Origin: Thalia democratica
Taxonomy: Eukaryota
DNA: 64,000 nt
Assembly (NCBI GenBank): GCA_965202585.1
Contig: OZ241833.1
Location: 19,716,001-19,780,000, forward strand
Reading direction: 5' to 3'
In this document: piece by piece, positions 11,701 to 24,800 of the stretch
Numbering within the stretch: position 1 is the first letter of the stretch
How the letters are laid out: each line of letters starts with the position of its first letter
Translations under genes and position numbers: made by a program
Notes under the pieces: generated by a model
What the model saw: the letters and a program-made list of their open reading frames with translations, nothing else
Told to the model about the DNA's origin: nothing
Database searches by the model: none

Positions 11701-14700
11701 CTTTTATAGACTATGAAAAAAAAAACATTTAACTATGATTTTTTTTAATTATCTCAACTTTTGTTTTAAAAACAGTAAACCCTAAAAAAATAAATTTCAA
11801 ATAGTTATTTTATTTAAAACTTCAAAAACTCTTTTCGCTTTAAAAACTAATGTAGGTTTTTGGATAAAAAAAAACGTTTAGAAATGTTGCAAAATGTAAA
11901 AGTTTATTGTACCTAAACAAAGTTTTAGTACAAAACGTTATTTGGCAATAAAATAGTAACCAACGTAATTTTTATGATAGCTAAACTTTAAACGTTTAAG
12001 TATTTACTAAAAACTAAGGCGAAAACTGATCTTAAAACTTAAATTTATAACTGAAATAAAGCAATAATTGTTTAAACAAAATGTTTTCAATAAAAGTTGT
12101 TTGAAATTAATTTAAGTCTTAGAAGTTTATAAATTAATGTAAAATTACTCGGTAGGTTTGAAAATAAAATTAATTTGTATCAAAGTAGAGAGTTTCGCGT
12201 GTTGGTACAAATTTTGCGGTTAGATTCTATTTGCTTTCTGTTTGTTAGATGTTAGAATTTGTGATTATCATGGCTGTCAAACTTATATAAAAATTCTCAA
12301 GATATTAAAAACTTAAATGTAGTAATTGCTATAGAACAACTAAAACTAGCAGAAGTTTGCATACAAAGGTTTGGAATAGAGTCTAAAAAGAGTTTGTATC
12401 TTTAAGACAAATAGAATCTAACAATTTAAAATTATTTTAAGCTTTTTTTTGTGATTTAAATCAAATCAAACAAAGATTTAAAAAATAACGATTTTTATTT
12501 ATGGCTTTATCAAAAGTTTTCGTAAAGTTTCACATATAAAAATTTATTAGACTTTTCTTGTTTTATTTTCAATCTTTTTGATATTTTGTGTAAGTACTTT
12601 AAGATATAGTTCTAATTTAAAAAGTTTAGATAGAATTTTGTATCTAAATTTATTCTAAAGACCGTTAGGTTTCAAAGTTTTAATAAAACCGATAACCAAA
12701 AGGTTCTTCGTGCACTAGGTCCTAAAACAATATATTTTGAGCGTCTTTTTTCGTCGTTCAATAAACTAATTTAAAAAAAACAGTAATAAATTAAACTTAG
12801 ACTTGAACTAGTTTAAAACATTTAAATTGCGTTATTTAAATAAATTTCTGTTAAAAATTATTTTTCAAAGTTTGTCAGTCAGTTTTTTTGTGTTTGTATT
12901 GTAGAAGGAACCTAGGTTCAGTGTTGAAGTAAAAAATTAAATAAGCTTTTACAAAACTATTTATAGTGTATACAGAAGTTTATCAATAGTAGAATTACGC
13001 AAAAACTACTTTAGTGATATATTCGAAATAATTATCAATAAAATGCCAATTATATGTACTAGTTTTGAAGAAAGCAATTGAAACATTTGAACAAATTTAG
13101 AGCTATTTTTTAGTTCAATCTTCTATACTTGTGGTACGTGTTATAAATTTACATACAGTGCAAGTTTTTAATGGAAAGTAGAGTAACTATAGATAAAATA
13201 ATAAATGTTTTTAGATAAAGTACTTATCAAATACGTTTACATGAGTTTAAACTTTCTTCATTTTATCATTCTTTACTAGTAAATTTTTTACCAGCAAAAA
13301 CTTACGTCGTCTATAAAAATGTAACTTGTTTAATAATGATATTGCTTTAAATACTACTCGTATACTAAAAAAACTACAAAAGAAATTAAAAAACAATTGC
13401 AATACAACTTGCTTAAAAGGTTTTTATTAACCTTAGAAATTTAGTAAGTATTATCAAGTTGTTTTTAAAAATCCTTAGTTTCACAAAAAATAAGTTCTTA
13501 TAATTAATCAAAAAGTCTGGTTTAGAATATAATAGTATACTTTAATTTTCATTAATAAACTATTCAAGTTTGATCACATCTAGTTGAAAAAAAAGTTAGC
13601 TAAGATTTTACAGAACAATTTGATAAACCAGTAAAAAGTAATAAAAGTGTAAATCGTAAGTCATTTTAATAGGACGAAGCTAGAACATGGTCATTTTTTA
13701 TGTAACTCGAATTTAGACATCTGACATTGTAAGCTTGTTATAATGAACGACATCACTTACCTTCAGAGGATGTTCCAAATAAATGTCATTTTTCTGTATA
13801 ATTTGAATCAATGCAAAGCAGAAAGACGACATTAATACACTTAAGAAAAAACTCTTTCTTTTAATTTCCTAGTTTAAATGTTGTCAAAAAGTTTTTTAAT
13901 CCGACAAAACTAACAATATTTGTTATTTCATAAAATAGTCAACCAGTCAAACTAAAACGGCGTATATATTAAAGTTTGGCTTGAGTTATGTAAAATGAAT
14001 ATATGTCAAAATTACGACGGATGTTTTTATTTTTTTGGAACTTTTACAAACATACTCTTAATAGATTAAGTAAAACATTATCTTAATATTTTAAGAAACT
14101 TTAGAAGCAAATTAAAACCTAGCTTTAGTTTTGTTTGTATAACATAAATTTATATTTGACAAAAATTAACTTAGCTACTTACTTCAAGAGCATCAACTTA
14201 AATTAAAGTATGTAACTATTTTTGGTACTTTTATCTGAAAACGATTTGTATACGATTACTAACTAAATCAAACATTTAAAAAAAAATTACTTAGTTATTA
14301 CTTAACTTATACCTGTTTACAATAAAATGCATTACTTATTATGTTGCTGAATTGCAAATTTTTCTGTGAGAAAACTAATTTGTTTAATCTAAAAGGAAGT
14401 TAAACAATAACTATAGCTGATTAAATGTAAATTTAGAACGTAAGTGCAAAAAAAAACCTAGCCAGTTAATTGTTAATAACTTTTCTGATCGTTTTTTTTT
14501 GTATTTACAAAAAGGCTTTTTTTTTAAAACTTTTTTTGTACAAAAAATTAGGAATGAATTTTTTAAAGAAACTATAATTACAATAAAACTTTACACAGCG
14601 AATTTTATTTTAGATTGTTTTTACTTTTGTCATAAAGATATTAAAACCCTAAAAAACGTACCGTTTTTTTTTTTTTTTTGATAATATGTCCTTAACTAAA

Positions 14701-17700
14701 AGAAAAAACAAAAAAAACCTAATTTTTGTATAAAGATACTTTCTTGAGAAAAATACAGTAATTAAAAAAATACATACATAAATTTGACAAACTGTTAAAC
14801 TTTATAGAAACTAAAACTTAAACAATTATCAATATTATTTTTTCAAAATTGATAATAAGTTTATGTTTATACAAACTGGTTGAACATAGTGTTTTTTCAA
14901 TTCAAAGCAAAAATAAAAAATTAACAGAAAATGTTTGTAGTTGATGTAATTCTCAATTAAAGCTAATAAAACAGTTAGTAAGTAGTTAAATATCACGCTA
15001 TTTTCATAAGGTTGGGTTTGATAGTATCATTAGATGTCGTTTAGTACAAAAACTTTAATTTTGTGTGTATCGGTAGGAATCAATAAAAATGTTCGTAGAT
15101 TTTATTTACATTATGAGTACATGATGTTTCGAAAGCGTGGCTAATTTAGTCTTAACAATTTAATTAAATAAAGAAAGTTCACTACATACTACCTTTTCAT
15201 TTAAATGTTTTTTTAACTATAAGTAAGGTTAAAAAGGAAAATACATGAAAAAAAGATCTAATAAATGTTTAAAAAATTAAAAATATATATTTCAAAAAAA
15301 ATAAGCTAGGTTCTTGCTTTTTATAGGCTATATTCACTCTTTTTATGTACAGTTAACTTACACTGAATTAAGTCATTGAAGCAGTTTGATTATTGTTATT
15401 GCTGTTTAGCTATAGATCTTATCACATAATAAGTTCATTTGTTAATTAAATCAGCAAAATAAAACCTACAGTAGCTTTTTGAGAGGACATACGCATTTAT
15501 ATAAAAACAAATTCATAGTTTATAAATATGAATAAGAGTTTGTATCGTTGAAAGTAAGTTTTTAAGTGCTTATTATTGTAACATTTCAAAAAAAAAAATT
15601 TAGATAAAAACTCATAAACGTAATATGTTTTTGGCTTATAAAACAGCGAGTTATTTGTTTAGATTAAAATTTTCTATATTTTATGTGAGGTAATATCATA
15701 TTTAAAAAAACGTACATAAGTATTATCATCCAAATTTATAGCTAATGACATTTTTAAGTATATAAAAATAAGTACTTAGAAATTTATTTTCAAATACTTA
15801 ATTGTTTTTAATTTGTTATGCAAAAAATGTTTTGTTTAAGTAAAGTCGAAAAGTATACAAAATAAATTTTCGTAACTTCTTTAGTAATAGTCAAAACCTT
15901 ATCAGTACTATTACTTCTATTAACTTATGTACTTGAAACTTGATGAGAAATTATTATTGATATATTTATAAAAAAAAGTTTTTATTAATCTTATATATAA
16001 GTTATTTAAACACTGAAAATTTTTGAAACTTTTTTAATGTGTTAAAATTTTTGTAAAATATATTTCTTGCTTAAAACGAAACATTATAAAGTTAATTAGT
16101 TCTCTTACCGCATAAGTTTATCAAATGATAATAAATTTAAAATTATTTTCTTATTAACTTATTCTATTTAAAAAGTTTACATACTTATAAGCTAAATTTT
16201 ACCCAAAAAATCGATTAGGTTAAAAAATTATATATAAAAAAATTTGACTTCTTCAGAGCCGTTTTTATTAGTTATATATTAAATAAAACAAATTGAAAAG
16301 TATAAATTTTAGATTAAAACTATTTTCTAAAATAGATTTGTCAAAATAATATAAGTTTTATATAAAAAAAAAAGCTACCTTAATATTAACTATCATTATA
16401 TTTTTTATTCAGTTCAAAATACAAATTAACGATTTTTTTTATTACACAATGATGTGTTTGAAAAAAAAGTTTTTTTATTTTTTACACAAAAAAATCAGCA
16501 GTATTGTTAAAAGTAATAACTTTCAGTTATCTTATTAGTATAAGTTTGTTTAACAAATCTTTAAAATACTTTACTTATATACTTATCGAAAAATAAATCT
16601 TATAAAGTTTGTAGCATTAGTCTAATAAACTACAGCATAAATATTAAAAAAAAAAAGTTGTTAAGCAAATTTATAAAAAGATACAAACATAATTTGATTT
16701 TAGATATTTAATAGCTTTTATATCGTACTTTAAATTATAACGTTATCTCTGACGTTTTTAAAGTAACAACTATTGTTGTTGGTTTGCGATTATAATATAA
16801 AACTAAACACTGTTTTAAACATAATTGTATATATCAGTGTTTAATCATTATCATTAAAAGTTTGTACAAAAGTATTTATTTTGATCAGTTCATTAGAAAA
16901 ATAAGCAGTTAAAACTACTTTCAATAAAAAATAAAAAAAGACTAACGATACTTTTGACATTAATTATGCATATTTTAAAACGTTTTATCGACAATAAAGT
17001 ATTTTTTATTTATAAACTAAAAAATTGTTGAATATATCATATAAAATATCTCAATTTTAGAAAAAAAAAATATGGCTCAAGTACATAATAAATATTATAA
17101 ATTAGTCTTAATAAGTAGAGCATTTTACTTTAATGTTTAAAGTATGTAGTACTATTGCTAATTAGAAACTAAGCTGTTTAACTAGTTGTAAAAACTATTT
17201 TCTCTAGTAAAGGGACGCATTCAACTGAAAAATATTTAATAGATATAGTTTTAAACTTAAACAAACAATAAAATGTTTAAGCTTTTTTTGTTTTAAAAAT
17301 GATAGCTGTTTTTGTAAATAGCTATCAACATACACAGACTTTTATAAAGTTCAGTTTCAAATTTCAAAACGGTGTATGCAAGTTAAATACATTAAAACGC
17401 TAAATTTATTATTCTAAACAAAACATCTCAAAAAAATACCAACTGTACAGCAATAAAACTAATTAATGAGATTTATGTCATTAACTTATTACAAAACCTA
17501 ATTAACAAAATTACCAGTTCTTCAATTTTCCATTAAAAATTATTCAAATCAAATTTGTTACACCACATAAATTTTATGAAAACAAACTACTGCTTTTAAT
17601 ACTGTGCGTCGTATTTTCACGAACCACGAGTGCAAACCACTGCTCTGCACCAATTTAATTGTTTTTAATTATTTAACTTGTTGACAACTACTTTGCACTC

Positions 17701-20700
17701 TGGTTTCGTTTCAGACTCCAAGTTTTACAATAGTTATATAGGTTTAAGCTTGCAGTAACTAGTAGTTAAGAGTTTGTACATTTGCGCAGAAAAAACGTAA
17801 ACGTGAGTTGTTATGTCTAGACTATGTTGTGTTTTAGTGATAGTCTATTAAGTTTTTAATCAATAAAAATTACAATGTAGGGTAAAAAATTTTTTCTTTT
17901 TAAAAATTATTAACATTCATATACAAATATAATACTATTTTTTACATTTTTTGTTAAAAGAAAATAACATTTTAAAAACAACTAAACTTTGTTAATAAAA
18001 GTATAAGCTTGCAGAAACTAAACTTTATTTTAAGAAAATGTTTAATATTGTTCAAAGAACAAAAGTTCTTACAACAAATTTATATGCTTTCAATTTTAAA
18101 AATAAATTTTCACACTTTTTATTAACAAAACTTATAGTTGTGCGGTTAGATATTAATTTAAACATTTACTCGTTAAAAGGAAACGAAACGATTGAAAATT
18201 AATATTGTAGCTTGAAATAATATTTAGGAAAACAAACAAAAATCTAATGTTCAAAATTAGTTTTATCTTTTCCTATAACTTATTAAGGTTAAAACAAATG
18301 TTTAATGCAAAAAATAATAATACATTTAAATAATTAAAGTTTCATCGTGTAGCACACTTAATGTTTTTTTAGACTTATATTTTCTTGCACACTCTAAAAA
18401 CTGTAAGTAGGTCTTATAAACAAGGTTTTTCTAAAAAGTGAGTTAAGATTAATTTGATAATACTTCTACCATGATTTTAAAAAGTATAAAACATCGTTTT
18501 TCTACTAATTGTAAATAGAACCATTGTTGGTTAAAAATAGTTTTAAAAATATTAAACAAAAAGTTTTTTGACGAGTGGTACCACGTTTAAAATGGATTTT
18601 TTTTTCAAACAAATTTTATTGAACTGAACTAAAAAATGGTTATAAATATTAATTAGATTAATTAGTGTTTACAAACTGTTTTCAAAGTTGATAATCAAAC
18701 AAAAAACACAAACACATTTTGAGGTCCATATTTTAGTTGGAATGTTTATGATAACTAAGATGTATGTTCTAGCTAAATGATTTTGAAACTTGAAAATGTG
18801 TAAATGGTGGTTTTGTTTCTCAACTTTTAATCATAATAGTCTTTATAAGCTACATTTGAAACATTTAAAATCCTTTGAAACTAAAAAAAAAATTTTTTGT
18901 AAATGTAAAATTAATATATTTGAAAGATTTATTCGCTAGTTTTGTTTGTAATATTGTAACCGCTTTTTAGTGGATTTAGATGTATTATATATACACTTTT
19001 TATATCTTATATTTGAAAAACTATCAACTAAAAAATGTAGAGAATTTTAATTAACCATTAGTAGTAAATAACTAAATAATAAAGCTCATAAATTTTTTTT
19101 CATTATAAGTTTGCTTTATTGATGAGTAAAATTTTTACCAATTTACAGCAAGTTAAATCAGTTGATTTTAATGAAAAGTATTACTTATTTATATATGAAA
19201 ATTTGTGCTGTATATTTAAAGTTTTATTTAAAAGCAATTTGAGCTATAAATAGAGTAGTAGTTCTAATTTTAATACAAAGTATTGGGCTGTAATCAAGGA
19301 GAATTTCATGGTTAGTAATTTTAAATTAACTACTCTATACATAAGTACTTAATAGCTGTTATACTAACAAAGAAAAAAATAACAAAAGCTCTTGTATTTA
19401 TAGTAGTTATAGTTTGTTTTCAGAAACTTGTAAAGCAGAACTTTTATGACAAACCTGTTCTAGTGACATTCTAATTCTAAGTTTTACAGTTGTAATAACT
19501 TTATTTTTATTAAAAAGGGTGTGTCTTTATATGTTAAAGTGACCTTTATGCCAACAAAAACCACCAAACTACACGCACTTTTTATCTAATTAACTAAGCT
19601 TAACTTTATGTATTAACTTAGTAGTTATTAAATACATTGTACAGGAATTCTGAACTTTAATCAACTTGTTTTTGTTTATCAAAATTGTAATTTAACAAAA
19701 ACAAACAGATTTTTAAAATTTCAGATTGAAATATTAGTTCTCCTTATGAAATTGAAAATAGCTAACTTTAATCAAGCTTTACTAAAAAGGTTCTTACTAT
19801 TAATAACATAAAACATTGTAGATAAGTAAAATAAAGTTGTAAGATTTTAATGCATACTTTTAATTTAGTACAAAAACACAACATTAAAAACAAAAGCTTT
19901 ATTTTACAATCACACGAGAAATTTTTTACAAATAGTTGCCAAACTGCAAGAAAAAACGGCTTGCTCTTAGCTAGCTTGCGAAATATTAATCTAAAGTTGT
20001 TCAAACATTCGTTGTTTCAAACTGCGCTTGGTCACAAGAAACCTGTAGTAATTAAAACCCGTGAAAGTTGTCTTGTTACGATACTGGTAACATTTGACTG
20101 ACGTGCAAAAATCTCGACAGGAAATCAACGTAAAAAGTGAGAATGTACGAAAATTTGTTCCAAGAAAAACATGAAAACAAAAAGCTTGAAACTTATAGAA
20201 GTATCGGTCAGAAATAGTAGATACAAAAAGAATGTACACTTTTAAGAATGATTTGTTCTTTTTGAAAGAATACTATTTGATATGATGGTTGCAAAAAAGA
20301 TAAAGAACTTAAATATAAAATGAAAGTAAGTTTTACATATAAATAATACTTTTTAATTTTATAACAACTTGTAAGCCTAAATAACAGCTTTAATACTATC
20401 GTTAATTTAAATATAATTTCGTTACTGGTTTGTTTGGAACATTGTTTAGATATTAGTTTTACGTCCAAGATAGATTTTAGACAAAGTGCAAATTACTTAT
20501 ACAAGTAAATATTATTGAAAATTTAAAAAACAGCAAAAAAGTTATTAAATAAGTGGGTATAGTAAAAAAGTAAAGTAGTTTACTAATAATACTATAGTAT
20601 AAATGTAGTAGTTAGTAGTCCAATGTATTTTTGTAGGGTTGTATCTGAATGTTTATTTAGTCTTATGTGTTTAAAAAAATATATATCAACATCTTTTCTA

Positions 20701-21563
20701 CAAGTAAAATTTTGCAGTAACATGTTTTAAACTGTATAAAAACTTATGTTGTTATGTATAAGATTTAAAAAGTAGTTGTTAAAAATTTTGTAAGTTGTAT
20801 GATTTTTCGCTTGTTAGCAGCGTGCAAATATTACTATAAGTTTTCAAATACATTAAATTAACTTATATTTTAAGGTATTAGTATATACCCAAACCATTTA
20901 AAACTTCTTGTTTATAGATTAAGTTTTGTTTTAAAAAGTTTAATGTTTTTATGTGTTTGTTTTAAATAATGGAAACTAAAAGAAATAATAAGAGGCTAAA
21001 AATATATTCAGAACTAAACATACAAACTAAAAAAAAGTTTTTCTCGAAAAAGATTACAGTAAAGTTAAATCTAACAATCCAATAAAAAAAGTTAATAGTT
21101 AGTATGTTTCAAAATGTTTTAGAAAGCTATATAAATAAGTATAAGGCAGAATTGTGACTTAAGACTTTCAAAGTTTGCTTATAAGCACAACTGCTTGCTT
21201 TAATTAACTACACAAACCCAAGTTATATTAGAACTTAGCACCACCACTACTAGAAATAAAAATTGAAATACAAAGTTCTTATAGTAAGCATGAAAAACAC
21301 AGTCTGTAGCTTTTATTTTTAATCGCTCACACTTGAACATGTTTTGTTGTACAATGTTTCTTAGTTTCAGAATAGTGTTTCAAACAAAACTTCAAACTTA
21401 AAAGTGTATTACAGAAATTAAAGGACATAAAAAATACTCTGATTTTCATTTTTCAATAAGCTTTTTCAAACACAACTATCAACCAACAGTAAGGTGTCAA
21501 ACAAGGGTTTTCTGAAAACATAATCTAAATAAGACTCTAAAAAAACTCATTTCTGTACTTCTT

Positions 21564-21899
21564 TTAAGAAGAAGACGAAATCTGCTGGTGGGTTTTGAAA
21601 TCCGGCTGGGCCGAGTTAGCTGATGCCCAGTTTGCGAACCTGTGGATCGTCGACGCGGATCCGTTGGAAGTCGTCAGATCCTTCGCCAGCTCCTGGTTCG
21701 CAGAGCTTCTTCCGTCCTGGCTCCTGAACTGCTCCTGGTCGTGATCCATCTGCTCGCTCTTGTGCTCGTTGTGCGCGTTCACGATGGCCATGATCGAGCT
21801 GTTGACCCTGTTCAGGTCCTTTTCGATGTCAGCGGCCGAGCTGACGTACTTGCCTCCCGCCGCAATCGCTGAAAAAGCCGAAGCTCTCGACAGGCTCTG
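21564..21899 (-). CDS. HMBOX1: Hmbox exon 11 (terminal)
   Basis: TTTTTAG|CAG tandem acceptor; QSLSRAS...DLNRVNSSIMAIVN...ISSSS*; in frame with track ORF 21564-21791. Confidence 0.88.
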   Translation of the reverse strand, partial: QSLSRASAFSAIAAGGKYVSSAADIEKDLNRVNSSIMAIVNAHNEHKSEQMDHDQEQFRSQDGRSSANQELAKDLTTSNGSASTIHRFANWASANSAQPDFKTHQQISSSS

Positions 21900-24800
21900 C
21901 TAAAAACATAGCCGGTTGTTTTCTTGCGCGTATTTTATTGCAGGTGTTAAAGAAGCTTTTATATTTATAAACTGTACTGTAACCGGTTTAAGTTGTATTT
22001 TTTAATGTAAGGTTAGCTCATTTTCTTAAAGTGTAAAAACTTTTGTAGCTAACATTTATTGTAAAGCATTCCTCCATTTGATCAGTGTATTAGAGCAATT
22101 TTTAAAACTATCTGTTTTGATTACCGTACCGTTTATTTAATTTAAGATCATTAATAAACTTTTGCAGCAGTTTTACATTTATTTATTAATTTTATAACAA
22201 AATACACGTAAAACACGCATAAGACATAAAAATGAGCGAGCTTTCGCATATACTTTTTTTTCAGTTTTTAAACTGTGTATAGAAACTTGCCTGCTGGATA
22301 TCGTGATGGGAGCTCCCGTTGGTCTGCTGTGCGGCCATGCTGAGGCTCTCGTTGGAGTGAAGCGAGTAAGTTGGCGATGAGGTGCACACTCTCCGGGGAG
22401 AGGGGGAAGTCAAACTGTTGGAACCCTGCTCCATGTTAGAATCAGCTTGTTCTGGGGATAATTTTTATGTCAGTAAGTTGATTTAAAAAAGGTTGTTTTC
22501 AGTTTGTCGGCTCGTGAAAAATATTATTTAAAGAGTTAGGAGTTATTATGAGTTTTAGTTTTAATTAAAATTATTTAATGAAGCAATAAATTCTTTAGGT
22601 TTAAATCCTTGTTTTACAGTGAGCTTGAATTAATAGCGTTTTAATAAAGTTTATAGTCGCTACGCAAGTAAATACACCCAAAGTCAAATTAAACTTATTT
22701 TAGCCAAGAAAAAAATCAGATAATGCGGAACAGAATGAGCTAAAAGGTTGATTCAGTGTTTGCGGTTTAACTTCGAAAAATAAGTTGTTGGTTTTGAAAT
22801 ATTCTCGAACTTGATATGAATGAAGGACATTCTTTTGTTATGAGTATATACTAAGTTTCATGAAATATATGTGATGAATTATATGAAAAGGACTTAGTAT
22901 AAATACGTAATCATTTATTAATAAACCAGTTCATACGTTAAGACTTCAAACTTTACATAGTTTTTTGATTTTATAAAACTTAACATGCACATAAACAATT
23001 GTGCGCTTTTAAAACAGCACTAACTTTTTACCCACAACTATTTACAATTAAGCTATGATATTTTTACGGCTTTTTTTTGAGTCTAGGTTAATTATGTTTG
23101 TGACAATACTTTTTTCTTGAATTTTTGTGGTTCAACTGAAAAAGTATTAATAATTCTTTAAAAACTAATAGAAGGTAGAATAAAATCTTGCCTTAAAAGG
23201 TGTTTTATACCTATTTAAATGTTAGTTATATATTTTATTTTCAAATAAAACATATAAGCAATTTTATACCTTTATACCAAAAAAATGTTTACGTAAGTAA
23301 GTGTAAATTTAAAAAATAGTTATCTTTTAAGTAAGTTTTTTTAATCGCAATGAGAGCGTTTTTAACTTATATGCTACTTTAAAATCCACTGTTTTAAATT
23401 TAATATTGTAGTATGTACACACAAATTGTTTCAAAACCATTTCAAAAAAAAAGAAAAGACACTGATAAAATAATGTAAGACGGATTCAACATTCATAAGT
23501 TTAATACTTTAATACAAAGCTAAAATTTTATATTAAACAAAGAAATCAAAGTATAAACATTGCATAAAATTATCGTTTTTTAAACTGATTCCCTAAAAAT
23601 AAATTACCAAAAAAGTCTAGACATTAATTTGTCACACGTTTTACTTTACTTCATTTTTTCCCATAAAAAACATTGTCATTAGTTTAAAACTCACAAAATG
23701 AGCCCCTTTACTGCAATGAAATTTAAGGTGTAATGTAAGCTTTACAAGACTAATAAAGTTAATTAAGTATTAATTTAACTTCGGCCCGTTAAACGATGTT
23801 TACACGCAGAAAAGTAATTTTGTATGTTCTTTTGTAAACTAATGATGATTAGTTTTGCAACCTTATTAAAGAAATGAAACCTACTTCCCATGGTTAAGTT
23901 TCAAAAATGGCGCAGTATCGCTTCTTCTACTTTAAAAAAGAAACAGTGAGAAAATGATTGCTTAATGTAATCTTTCTAATGTTACAGGTTGTTGTTTAGA
24001 AATTTTGCTTTTATTTTTAATCATATTATCACTTATTATAACGTAAATTCACGCTGATAAAGTACAGTTCAGTAAAAACAAAAACAATTAGAGTTTAAAA
24101 CCACTAATCTGTTCAAAAATAATTACGCACAAGCGCAAGTGCTGTACACAAAGAAACATGTGATTCTACAAATATTGCTATAAATATATGTATCAGTAGA
24201 CTATTGAAACTTATTTGGAGTTTCGAGGGAAATAATTCAAGCAATTCAATGTTCACAAGTGTGCCAACGACCGGGAAACTTGTGACAAAATAGTTCAACT
24301 CGTTTGATGCGCATATTTTTCTTTGTTGTCAAGTATAAATACAAATAGGTCTTTGAATTGATCAATTAACAAGTTTTCTGTGTAAGTTTGAATCTTATTA
24401 AAATCAAAGAAAAACAAAAAGCTTGAATGACCGATTTCTAAGTGTTTTTGAATGAATAGTACACAAGTGTTGAACCTTGTTTACTTTTATTACATTAGGA
24501 AATCAAAACAAAACTCTTGAAATAAATAACTTTGTTGTTGTTTATATATTGCTTTCTACTTTGATATTTTTGATTAAAAATAAGAAGACTTTTATTGAAA
24601 AAAAAGCTATGAAACTACTTTTAAACTCAAAAAAGTATATTTTTAATTCTATAGCATTAAAAAAACAGTTAAAGTGATTATTCAAAAGGTAATAATACAA
24701 CATTGCAACTGTAAAATTATATTTAGTTTTGTGAAACAATGGTTAGCTTTTTCAGTTTACAAAAACAATTTTAGGACGTGCTTATTAGAGGTTAAACTTG

